A DNA stretch of 30,951 nucleotides from NCBI GenBank assembly GCA_048881705.1, contig JBHLSH010000048.1, positions 1 through 30,951 on the forward strand. The letters run 5' to 3'. The translations under genes and the position numbers were made by a program. Position 1 is the stretch's first letter, and every line of letters starts with the position of its first letter. This document shows, one piece after another, positions 18,125 through 26,940 of the stretch. Origin of the DNA: Candidatus Heimdallarchaeota archaeon. Lineage in GTDB: Archaea; Asgardarchaeota; Heimdallarchaeia; Hodarchaeales; Hodarchaeaceae. Under the pieces are notes generated by a model that was given only the letters and a program-made list of their open reading frames with translations, was not told the origin of the DNA and did no database searches.

Positions 18125-19213
18125 TTAAAGCTTGAACTCGGAATACTCACCCTCACATGGGGTTCCTCGTGACATCCAGAATTTTCTTTTATTTGGCAAG
18201 AAAATCATATTTCCCATGGTTTCCTGCTTACTACCATGTCGGCAGATCGAGCTCCCTCCATCGGGGGGCCTATTCCCATGTTTGTGATCGCTCATGATTT
18301 GCGTTGCAACTTCCCGATCAATTTTCCCGTAGTTCGCCTTTAAAAGGTCAATTAAGCGGTCATATCTTTCATATGAAGACGGATATGATTCCTTGGTTTC
18401 CGGACCTAGATATCTAAGTTCCTTATTGTGAAAATGATTCGTTGACACGAGGAAATGGTCCTTCGTTTGCACCACGAATGTCTTTCTTGAGCCGAAGCTA
18501 ATTCGAGCCATATTACCATGTTTATCTACAATATCTACATTTTCTCCAGCATGAGACCATCTAGGAATACTCTTTACCAATCCCAGGAATTCCTCTACTG
18601 TACTACACCGTTCCAAACCTATCCTTGTCAGTATCAACGGAGGGAAACCGAATCCAGGTTCGTTCAATTGATTGATACCAGAACCTACAAAACCAAGACC
18701 CTTTTCATTAAAACCGATAACAGAGGTTCGTCCCAGATTCCCTGCGAGCCCTCTACCTATGAAGCTATATCCGCTATCTGGGGAAACGTGGAATACGTTT
18801 GGAATACCTCTGCCAATCATTTTTTTTGGCCAATCAGAGTTCTGGCTGGCAATAGGCTCCCCTCCTACTGTTGCATCTCCTGCGGCCACAAACGAGGAAC
18901 ATTCTGGAATGCTTTGTTCAACCGTATCATGAACCTCCCAATAGAGAAGAATCAGTAGTGCTTTTTTGAAATCGATTCCAGCTCCGTCAGCCAATCCTTT
19001 CGTTTCCTCCATAACCTCTGGATAATCTTTAGAAATAAGTAATTCATACTTATTGGCAATTGATAGCCCCTCTTTCATGCTAATACCGCTCTCCTGCATA
19101 TCTTCCTCAATAAAAGGTACGACTGTCATCAGGATGGTTTCTGATAGTTGTTGGCCATGCTGGTATCCAATATCATAATGAGATCCTTTTAGGTAAATCG
19201 GCATGGAATACAC
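18125..19213 (-). CDS. C45-family Ntn-hydrolase (acyl-CoA:6-APA acyltransferase-like, autoproteolytic)
   Basis: N-terminal pro-domain (GYQHG, YPEVMEETKGLADGAG), then ECSSF (nucleophile Cys), QNSDW, GFNEKGL and STNHF. Confidence 0.88.
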   Translation of the reverse strand: MYSMPIYLKGSHYDIGYQHGQQLSETILMTVVPFIEEDMQESGISMKEGLSIANKYELLISKDYPEVMEETKGLADGAGIDFKKALLILLYWEVHDTVEQSIPECSSFVAAGDATVGGEPIASQNSDWPKKMIGRGIPNVFHVSPDSGYSFIGRGLAGNLGRTSVIGFNEKGLGFVGSGINQLNEPGFGFPPLILTRIGLERCSTVEEFLGLVKSIPRWSHAGENVDIVDKHGNMARISFGSRKTFVVQTKDHFLVSTNHFHNKELRYLGPETKESYPSSYERYDRLIDLLKANYGKIDREVATQIMSDHKHGNRPPDGGSSICRHGSKQETMGNMIFLPNKRKFWMSRGTPCEGEYSEFKL

Positions 19214-19239
19214 GTCTATTCATCATCCGCTATCTGTGA

Positions 19240-19716
19240 TCACTTTTTGGCATGTCTACCGAAAACTACTTCGTCTTCAACATTAAAATCCAGTCTTACA
19301 ACCGAAGCGTCCGAGTACGGAGTAATGTACTTCCCTATTATATCCGGGTTCCCCTTCACCATGATATTAAGGTGATTCGGTTCATGAATATCACTGAAAC
19401 CACCCACAACTCCAATTTCATTTTCTGAAATAGAAACACTATCTCCTGCAATAACTACTCCGCCCTGCTGAACCTCCAAAAATCCGATATACAGTACGGA
19501 GTTTATTTGACGGCCTGGGCTTGCTAGCTCTTCATCAGTAATTGTCATCTCAGCGATCTCGAATTTTGCGAACGTTCTGGTTCTAGGATGTATTAACCAT
19601 GTGTCTCTCTGTTTTAATCGGAGACCCGAAACCGCAACAATTCTACACAGCACCGCCCTTTTTGGAGACGAATTCCAGTGATCAGGAATTTTCTGACTTT
19701 CATATGGTTCTGCCAT
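19240..19716 (-). CDS. Small beta-rich hypothetical protein, DUF6917-like
   Basis: TDEE.ASPG...YIGFLEV..GGV...GD.V...IG...GF...H.PNHLNI pattern recognised from memory; needs HMM confirmation. Confidence 0.6.
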   Translation of the reverse strand: MAEPYESQKIPDHWNSSPKRAVLCRIVAVSGLRLKQRDTWLIHPRTRTFAKFEIAEMTITDEELASPGRQINSVLYIGFLEVQQGGVVIAGDSVSISENEIGVVGGFSDIHEPNHLNIMVKGNPDIIGKYITPYSDASVVRLDFNVEDEVVFGRHAKK

Positions 19717-19740
19717 TTTTCCTTCTCCTGTGTAACTATG

Positions 19741-20769
19741 TTAGTCCTCTGGTCGCAGCCAATCGCCTATGGCATGACATGCAACCTCTCTATCTAAATA
19801 TGTTCTTAGTTCTGGTTCTTTGCGTTTACAAAGATCTTGCGCATAAATACATCGCGGATGGAATCTGCAACCTGGTGGGAGATCAATAGGATTAGCTATT
19901 TCCTCCTCTGTTGGAAGCTGGGAAAGGTGATGCTTAGTTCGTGGATCAAGTGTCGGTAGGGCCGCTTTCAGCAGCATCGTATACGGATGGTAGGGGTTAC
20001 TGAATATTTCATCTCCAGATCCCACTTCCACAATCTTTCCTACATACATGATAGCAACCCTGTTGCACATGAATTGCGCACTGGCTAAATCGTGGGTTAT
20101 AAGGAGTAAAGTAAGTCCATAATCCTTTTTCAATTTAAGAATCAAATTAAGAATTTCGGCCCTAACCGAGAGGTCAAGCATTGATACAGGTTCATCCGCT
20201 AGAATGAACTTTGGTTTCAGGGCGATAGCTCTCGCAATACCTACTCTTTGGCGCTGACCCCCGCTAAGTTCGTTGGGATACTTTTCCAGAAATACATCCG
20301 TTGGTACTAGACCGACATCATTCAGCAATTCAGAAGCTCTTTCCACACCGTCAGCCTTGCTGGAAATTAATTTATGAATTTGAAAGGGTTCCGTTAGGAT
20401 CCTGCTTACCTTAAATCTTACAGGTAGGCTGCTAAACGGATCCTGATAGATTATCTGCATTTCTCTCCTAAATTTCCTCATTTCTTTCATCGAAAGATGG
20501 GTGATCTCTGTTCCCCTAAAACTGAGGAGGCCATCAGTAGGTTCAAGGAGCCGGATTAACAACTTCCCCAATGTAGTTTTCCCGCATCCGCTCTCTCCCA
20601 CAATCCCGAAAACTTCTCCGTCAAGGACTTGCAAGTCGACTCCATCTACCGCTCGGATTTTTGTCTCCTGGGACATGCCAAAGGTTGAACTTATTCCTTT
20701 TTTTAAGGTAAACCACTTTTTTAAATTCTTAGCTTCCACAATAGGAGTTTCTGACGTACTATTAACCAT
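19741..20769 (-). CDS. oppF: Oligopeptide/dipeptide ABC transporter ATP-binding subunit (OppF/DppF-like)
   Basis: GESGCGKT, LSGGQRQR, ADEP and THD motifs plus the C-terminal oligo_HPY domain (HPYT...CRFHPRC). Confidence 0.95.
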   Translation of the reverse strand: MVNSTSETPIVEAKNLKKWFTLKKGISSTFGMSQETKIRAVDGVDLQVLDGEVFGIVGESGCGKTTLGKLLIRLLEPTDGLLSFRGTEITHLSMKEMRKFRREMQIIYQDPFSSLPVRFKVSRILTEPFQIHKLISSKADGVERASELLNDVGLVPTDVFLEKYPNELSGGQRQRVGIARAIALKPKFILADEPVSMLDLSVRAEILNLILKLKKDYGLTLLLITHDLASAQFMCNRVAIMYVGKIVEVGSGDEIFSNPYHPYTMLLKAALPTLDPRTKHHLSQLPTEEEIANPIDLPPGCRFHPRCIYAQDLCKRKEPELRTYLDREVACHAIGDWLRPED

Positions 20770-20772
20770 AAC

Positions 20773-21741
20773 TCAAACTTCCTTCCAATTATGGCATTCT
20801 ATATATCCATCAACGCGATCTGGAAGTGTCTCACCCTTTGGCCGCTCTGTTTTACAAAGATCAGTTGCAAAGTTACAACGGGGATGGAATGGGCAACCTT
20901 TCGGTGGATTGATTAGATTCGGTGGACTACCTGGGATTGATACTAATTCCTTGTCTACCTGGTCGACGGTCGGGAAGGAAGCTAGAAGGCCGTTTGTATA
21001 AGGATGTTGGGGATTTAGGATGAGTTCCTCTGCCGTACCAGTTTCCATAATTCTTCCAGCGTACATTATTGCAATTCTATCGCACACTTCAGCCAAAACC
21101 GCTAGGTCGTGAGTTATCCAAATAACAGATAACCCCATTTCATTCTTAAGATCGTTAATGAGTTTAAGTATCATGTGTTGAACTACTACATCAAGAGCAG
21201 TTGTTGGTTCATCCAATATGAGGATTTCTGGATCGGCGATCAATGACAAAGCTATTAACGCTCTTTGTTTCATTCCTCCGCTGAATTCGTGGGGATAATT
21301 ATTAATACGATCCGGCTTAATTCCTACAAGTTCTAGCAGCTTCCTGGCTTTGCCTTCCGCTGACTCCTTAGAGGTGATCCTCTTTATCATGAGCGGTTCA
21401 ATCATTTGATCTGAAATCCTGAGCATCGGATTCAAGGCGTTCATCGATTGTTGCAAAACTAATGAAATCTCCTCCCACCTGATTTTTCGGAACTCCTTCT
21501 CGGTTAACTGAAGTATATCGATTCCTTTGTATATCACCGACCCCCCGATTATTTTGTGAGGGGGTTGAATCAACCTTAGAATCGACATCGCAAGCGTAGA
21601 TTTGCCACATCCAGATTCCCCTGCTATTCCCAGTGTTTGTCCTCTCTGTAATTTAATTGAACATCTATCTACGGCTTTTACCGTCCCTGATCCCGTGAAA
21701 TATCTGGTTCTTAGATCATTAACTGAGAGGAGATCTGACAT
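20773..21741 (-). CDS. oppD: Oligopeptide/dipeptide ABC transporter ATP-binding subunit (OppD/DppD-like)
   Basis: GESGCGKS, FSGGMKQR, LDEPTTALD, THD and HPYT...CPFHPRC motifs. Confidence 0.95.
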   Translation of the reverse strand: MSDLLSVNDLRTRYFTGSGTVKAVDRCSIKLQRGQTLGIAGESGCGKSTLAMSILRLIQPPHKIIGGSVIYKGIDILQLTEKEFRKIRWEEISLVLQQSMNALNPMLRISDQMIEPLMIKRITSKESAEGKARKLLELVGIKPDRINNYPHEFSGGMKQRALIALSLIADPEILILDEPTTALDVVVQHMILKLINDLKNEMGLSVIWITHDLAVLAEVCDRIAIMYAGRIMETGTAEELILNPQHPYTNGLLASFPTVDQVDKELVSIPGSPPNLINPPKGCPFHPRCNFATDLCKTERPKGETLPDRVDGYIECHNWKEV

Positions 21742-21745
21742 GATT

Positions 21746-22651
21746 CTAAATCTCCTCTAATGATGACCCAAAGATCTTGTTCATACCTTCACCGACCAGG
21801 TTAAATCCAAGAACGGTAAAAAAGATCAAGATCGCAGGAATCATGGTGGTCCACCAAACCCCTGAAAGAATATTTGGACGTCCTGCCGCTAAATCAGTTC
21901 CCCATTCGGGAGTTGGAGTTGGTACACCCAATCCTAAAAATCCCAACCCCGCGATACTCAAGATCGCTGTTGCAATACTAATAGTCATTACTACCACCAA
22001 AACATTGATGCATAGCGGAAAAACATGATAAAAGACAATGTAGCTGTCCCGAGCCCCAAGTGAAACTTCCGCCTCTACAAATTCTTCCTCCTTGATAGCA
22101 ACAGCTGCGCTTCTGACCGTTCGATAGATCTTAGGTAATAATCCGAATGCTACCGCAAGCGAAAGATAAAACATACTGGTACCTAAGCTGGCCACAATCA
22201 ACAAAGCAGTCAAAAAAGCTGGAAAAGAATACAGGGCATCCATGGGTAAAGTAACTAGTCTGTCCAGGGATCCACCATAATAGCCAGCAATAACTCCGAG
22301 AAATGATCCTATAACTGAGGCAATTATAACTGAAGATAGTCCCACCAGCAGAGAGATCCGTGCTCCATGTATCAGTCTGCTGAGTACGTCTCTTCCTAGA
22401 GAATCTGTCCCCAATAAATACTTGAATGAGATCCCCGGTGCAAGATGCAAATCTTCTACGTGTATTTCGAAAGGTGAAAACGGGGCAATAAAATCAGCAA
22501 ATATAGTTACAAAAATAATCACAGATACTATCCCCAAGCCGATAAAGAATGAAATTCGGTCGTTTCGAGAAAGATCCCATACTCGGTTACCCATAAGTCG
22601 TCTTCGGAACCCACCATCGGGTTTCTGGCTTTGATCCATACTGATGTCCAT
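21746..22651 (-). CDS. oppC: Oligopeptide/dipeptide ABC transporter permease (OppC/DppC-like)
   Basis: LGTDSLGRD, EAA loop (EEFVEAEVSLGA), LGFLGLG and PEWG motifs. Confidence 0.95.
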   Translation of the reverse strand: MDISMDQSQKPDGGFRRRLMGNRVWDLSRNDRISFFIGLGIVSVIIFVTIFADFIAPFSPFEIHVEDLHLAPGISFKYLLGTDSLGRDVLSRLIHGARISLLVGLSSVIIASVIGSFLGVIAGYYGGSLDRLVTLPMDALYSFPAFLTALLIVASLGTSMFYLSLAVAFGLLPKIYRTVRSAAVAIKEEEFVEAEVSLGARDSYIVFYHVFPLCINVLVVVMTISIATAILSIAGLGFLGLGVPTPTPEWGTDLAAGRPNILSGVWWTTMIPAILIFFTVLGFNLVGEGMNKIFGSSLEEI

Positions 22652-22652
22652 C

Positions 22653-23660
22653 TTAGTACCTTACCCTTGGATCAAGAAAATAGTAAGAAATATCGATAAC
22701 GAGCCCGATGACCGATGTAATAACCACAAAAATGGTAACCACGCCTTGTGTAAGAATATAGTCGCGTTGCGATGCTGATATCCAGATAAGATTTCCTAAT
22801 CCCCTTAAAGAAAATACAGTTTCTACCAAAATCGAACCCGTGAGTAACGTTCCCGCTTGCAGGCCAATGATTGTGACAACAGGGAGAAGGGCATTTCTGA
22901 AGGCATGTTTATTGGTTATTTCCTTCTTATCTAATCCCTTTGCCTGAGCAAGCAGACAATAGGTTCTTTTTTGCGCCTTAATTGTTTCGGAGCGGGTAAT
23001 TCTAACAGTCACCGCGATATAATAGGCTGAAAGAGACATTACCGGAAGGACAAAGTGTAGAACAGCATCTCCGAATCCTGGGAAATCTCCCGCAAGAAGT
23101 GTGTCAATTAAAATCATGCCAGTGACCTTAGGGGGCCTGATATAGGGACTATTAGTACCAAATATTGGTAAAATATCGAGATAAACTCCGAAAATCAACT
23201 GGAATGCTATCCCAAGTACGTAAACCGGAATGGCATACATAAATAACGTTGTAGATCGAACGACGTGATCTTCTACTTTTCCTTCTTTATACGCGGAAAA
23301 TCGCCCCACTCCAATTCCTAGAAACACCGATACTATCCATGCCATTACTGCCAATTGAATGGTCACGCCGGCACGTTCCCAGATCAAGTTTGCAACGCTA
23401 TTTCGAAGTATTATTGATCTACCTAGATTTCCGGTAATTATCCCAGTTATATAATCCCAATACTGCTCATGAAGGGGTTTATCCAGGCCAAGATCATGTC
23501 TCAGGTTTTCGATGAATTCCTGACTAGCGCTTTCGCCCACCAAAGCTTCAACAGGATCTCCAGGTAGAATGTGAATTGCAAAAAATATAAACGTAAGTAA
23601 TATGAATACAATGGCTATCATAGAAAGCAATCTGAGCGCAAAATAGCGATAAAACCCCAT
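22653..23660 (-). CDS. oppB: Oligopeptide/dipeptide ABC transporter permease (OppB/DppB-like)
   Basis: PGDP, LGLDKP, HAFRNALLP, VETVF and RDY motifs. GGAG RBS. Confidence 0.95.
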   Translation of the reverse strand: MGFYRYFALRLLSMIAIVFILLTFIFFAIHILPGDPVEALVGESASQEFIENLRHDLGLDKPLHEQYWDYITGIITGNLGRSIILRNSVANLIWERAGVTIQLAVMAWIVSVFLGIGVGRFSAYKEGKVEDHVVRSTTLFMYAIPVYVLGIAFQLIFGVYLDILPIFGTNSPYIRPPKVTGMILIDTLLAGDFPGFGDAVLHFVLPVMSLSAYYIAVTVRITRSETIKAQKRTYCLLAQAKGLDKKEITNKHAFRNALLPVVTIIGLQAGTLLTGSILVETVFSLRGLGNLIWISASQRDYILTQGVVTIFVVITSVIGLVIDISYYFLDPRVRY

Positions 23661-23811
23661 TTGATTAATCTCCTAGTTTCTCTAGCATCGGGTTCATCGA
23701 GAGAATATTAAGTCTCTGCGATAGGTGCAAATTACTTTCGAATATTATTATGCATTTTCCGATATCATTCAAAAAAAAGGGACATTTTTACACATTCTTC
23801 GAAACTCTTTT

Positions 23812-23829
23812 AAAGAAGTTAACTTCTTT
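23812..23829. promoter_or_regulatory. Perfect 18-bp palindrome AAAGAAGTTAACTTCTTT overlapping a TATA-like TTTTAAAG; candidate operator
   Basis: Read directly from the sequence. It lies in the divergent oppB/oppA intergenic region, 33 nt upstream of the oppA ATG. Confidence 0.55.
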
Positions 23830-23861
23830 TAGATGTTAGGTCTCTTTTTGGAGATATTCTA

Positions 23862-25472
23862 ATGCCGGAAACAAGGAATATAGTTCTTGCTATAGTAGTT
23901 ATAGCAATAATTGTGGTTGGTGGAGGCCTAGCTTTTCTTATGTTTAGCGCCCCGCCAGCGAAAACAACCCTAATAGTTGGGACAACAGTGGCGATTGGAA
24001 GAGTTCCACATCCTCAATACGTCCAAGGCGGAGACGACGTCATGGTTAATGCTATGTTCGAAGGTTTACTAGGTTACAAAGGTGATACACTCGAAATCGA
24101 ACCAGTTCTAGCGACTGATCTGGGCACAGTCTCTTCGAACGGACTAGAATACACATTCACTCTTCGTCAAGGAGTTAAGTTTCACGATGGAACTGATTTC
24201 AATGCTAGCTCTGTTAAAGACCATTTCGATCGAATGTTTGACATTGGCCAAGGAATTACATATATTTTCACGGAGGGGCTGCTGAATAAAACTGAGGTTC
24301 TAAATACTTATTCGGTCAAATTTACACTGAACAGTCCGAATTCTGCGTTTAGAGACACCCTCTGTCATATCGCGGCCTTTATTCCAAGCCTAACTGCCAC
24401 TGAAAAGCACGCCAGTAATCTAGATGAGCTAAATGATGATCCAGTAGGTACTGGCCCTTTTAAATTTGTTAGCAAGGTCACTGATAGCGAAGTGGTAATG
24501 GAAGCTAACCGAGATTGGTGGAAAATTGAAGAAGGAGCTAAGTTAACCGTAGACGAACTAATCTATACCCAGTTTGATGATCCCAGTACCATGAAACTTG
24601 CAATCGAACAAGGCGACATCCACGCTACTGATGGAAGATTAAACGTCGCGGACTATGATAGCCTCTTAAACAACTCTGCTTTGAATCTACACGATCAGAG
24701 CTCTTCATCCTCTCGCCGTTGGTTTACTTTCCAAATGAACTCCAGTGTATGGGATGTATTTGACAATAAGACAATGCGACAAGCTTTCGCTTACGCGATA
24801 CCCTATGACGAGATCATCTCCGCTACTCTAGGCGGAAATGGTGAACGACAGTATAGTTTCCTACCCCCTGAGTACATAGGCTACAAAAAAGTTTTCAATT
24901 ATGATTACAATCCCACGATGGCCAAACAGTTAATAGCCGCCGCTGGTCACACCGAGCCGGTTGCCGTAACCCTCTATATTACGCCGACACATTATGGTGT
25001 TCAAGAACCTGATATAGCTGCTCTTCTAAAGGATCGGGCGCTCACTGCTGGGTTCGATATAACCATAGTTCAACAGGAATACGGAGCATATAAAGATGAA
25101 TATAAAGGAGCATCCACTCAGGAGATAAACCTATGGGCATGGACGGCAAATTATCCAGATACCGATGATTGGGCAACGAACTTTATGGGTTCAGGTGGAT
25201 GGGGTCCTGGATTTTCGCATGCTATTGATGGTGACATGGCGGCGATTTATCCATATGTAGATGATTTGATAGACGAGGCCGCCGCTACTACAAACCAGAC
25301 AAGGAAACTTGAAATCTTAGAAGAGCTTCAAAACCTATGGGCCGAATGGGTACCGAATATCTTTGCCTGGAGAGAAGTATGGTATCAGTTCACACGAGCC
25401 AACGTTGATGGAATCGTCTATGGCCCTGGGAACTTCTGGGATATCCACTACGAAAGCGCCACTTTTACCTAA
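23862..25472 (+). CDS. oppA: ABC transporter solute-binding protein, family 5 (OppA/DppA-like), N-terminally membrane anchored
   Basis: N-terminal TM helix (IVLAIVVIAIIVVGGGLAFLM), YTFTLRQGVKFHDGT and PVGTGPF motifs. GGAG RBS. Confidence 0.93.
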   Translation: MPETRNIVLAIVVIAIIVVGGGLAFLMFSAPPAKTTLIVGTTVAIGRVPHPQYVQGGDDVMVNAMFEGLLGYKGDTLEIEPVLATDLGTVSSNGLEYTFTLRQGVKFHDGTDFNASSVKDHFDRMFDIGQGITYIFTEGLLNKTEVLNTYSVKFTLNSPNSAFRDTLCHIAAFIPSLTATEKHASNLDELNDDPVGTGPFKFVSKVTDSEVVMEANRDWWKIEEGAKLTVDELIYTQFDDPSTMKLAIEQGDIHATDGRLNVADYDSLLNNSALNLHDQSSSSSRRWFTFQMNSSVWDVFDNKTMRQAFAYAIPYDEIISATLGGNGERQYSFLPPEYIGYKKVFNYDYNPTMAKQLIAAAGHTEPVAVTLYITPTHYGVQEPDIAALLKDRALTAGFDITIVQQEYGAYKDEYKGASTQEINLWAWTANYPDTDDWATNFMGSGGWGPGFSHAIDGDMAAIYPYVDDLIDEAAATTNQTRKLEILEELQNLWAEWVPNIFAWREVWYQFTRANVDGIVYGPGNFWDIHYESATFT

Positions 25473-25474
25473 AT

Positions 25475-25536
25475 CCTTCTTTGGAACCCTTCTGAGGGAC
25501 CCTTGGGTCTCGAAGAAGGTTTTCTCTTTTTTTTTT
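25475..25536 (+). terminator. Stem-loop followed by T10; putative terminator or attenuator after oppA
   Basis: CCTTCTTTG (25475-25483) pairs with CGAAGAAGG (25511-25519) and encloses two short hairpins. The T-tract is at 25527-25536. Confidence 0.65.
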
Positions 25537-25580
25537 ACTTCTTGAGGGGCCCATATAACGTTAATCGGCGAATTTAGGTT

Positions 25581-26864
25581 ATGATAGTGGTAAACAACGA
25601 AAATTGGACAGATAGGGATCAAAAAGCTTGTGCGAGAAAGTACAGATTTCCGTCATTAATAATCACAGGAAGTGATGGGGTATATCTCAAAGATATTAAA
25701 GGGAATAAATATCTAGATTTCACCTCTGGTGGACAAACCAGTAATTTGGGACATGGATCTAAAGCAATTTTGGAAGCTGTCAAACAACAACTTCACCGAA
25801 CTGGTTTTTCTTCATTTAGTTGGGCCTTGAATCCGACAAGGATTGAACTTGCTGAAAAACTACTGAAGCTTGCTCCTGGAACGCTGTCAACCGGAAAGGT
25901 CGGTTTTTGCAATACAGGTTCGGAAGCAACAGAACTTGTAATGAGAATGGCCAAACAACATTCGAAAAGACCCCTTGTTGTATGTTATTTCGGCTGTTTC
26001 CATGGTCAAACATCACTGGGCTCCTTAGCACTAAATACAAGTCCTCATGGCCGAAAATATGGTGTCTCTGAAGCTCCAGGGATCATGCATGTCCCTTATC
26101 CCTATTGTTATCGCTGCCAGTTCGGTAAAACGTATTCAGATTGCGAATTTGAATGCCTAGATTTTATCAGCTATCAGTTTGACACCAGAGTCATTCCGCC
26201 CGAATCTGTCGCGGTTATTTTCATTGAACCAGTTCAGGTACATGGGGGGGTGATTCCGCTTCCAGATGGATATCTCGAGCGTCTTGCTGATTTATGCAGG
26301 AATCAGGGGATATTACTAGCGATCGATGAAGTAACTACAGGCTTTGGACGAACTGGAAAGATGTTCGCGACCGAACACTGGAATGCAAAAATAGATTTTC
26401 TTTATCTGGCAAAATCAATTGCCTCAGGCCTTTCGCTTGGAGCTATTATAGGCAATTCAGCGGTCATGAAAAATTTTAAAGGTGGAGGAACCTTCTCGGG
26501 AAATCCCATTGCCTGCGCTGCAAGCCTTGCCAATATAGAAGCTATCCATGGTCAAAAATTGCTGGATAATGTGCGAAAGACAGGGATGTACCTCATGGAA
26601 AGAATTCGGGAACTAAAGGAGTCGCATCCGATCATCGGTGATATTAGGGGTCTTGGACTTCTTATCGGTGTGGAGCTTGTTGAAGACAAAAAAAAGCCCG
26701 CCCCAAATCCAACAAAGAATATAATAGAAAAGATGGCTAAGATGGGACTTCTCATGTTTCCTGCAGGTGTTTATCAGAATGTGTTAAGATTTTGCCCCCC
26801 CCTGATCATAGATAAAGCTGATATTGATAAGGCCATCGAAATACTAGAAGTAGCGCTCCCTTGA
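25581..26864 (+). CDS. Class III aminotransferase (4-aminobutyrate/ornithine/diamine transaminase-like)
   Basis: YLDFTSG, NTGSEA, FHGQT, EPVQVHGG, DEVTTGFGRTG, LAKS (PLP lysine) and GTFSGNP motifs. Confidence 0.93.
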   Translation: MIVVNNENWTDRDQKACARKYRFPSLIITGSDGVYLKDIKGNKYLDFTSGGQTSNLGHGSKAILEAVKQQLHRTGFSSFSWALNPTRIELAEKLLKLAPGTLSTGKVGFCNTGSEATELVMRMAKQHSKRPLVVCYFGCFHGQTSLGSLALNTSPHGRKYGVSEAPGIMHVPYPYCYRCQFGKTYSDCEFECLDFISYQFDTRVIPPESVAVIFIEPVQVHGGVIPLPDGYLERLADLCRNQGILLAIDEVTTGFGRTGKMFATEHWNAKIDFLYLAKSIASGLSLGAIIGNSAVMKNFKGGGTFSGNPIACAASLANIEAIHGQKLLDNVRKTGMYLMERIRELKESHPIIGDIRGLGLLIGVELVEDKKKPAPNPTKNIIEKMAKMGLLMFPAGVYQNVLRFCPPLIIDKADIDKAIEILEVALP

Positions 26865-26940
26865 ACGAAGTTTAAGTCAGAAAGTGTAATAATAGTAATA
26901 ATCTATAGAGCCAACACACGCCAATATGCAGTGATATAAC

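Noticed and set aside
20501-21001. 166-aa plus-strand ORF, and other antisense or alternate-frame track ORFs (e.g. 3180-3551, 5730-6062, 6597-6923, 10979-11299, 12035-12418, 15470-15847, 18518-18958, 30257-30520)
   Set aside because: They lie within well-supported genes and have no motifs or RBS; these are typical shadow ORFs.
26893-26912. Short tandem repeat (GTAATAATA-GTAATAAT) between the aminotransferase and the AspDH-like gene
   Set aside because: Only two low-complexity units, with no evidence of function.
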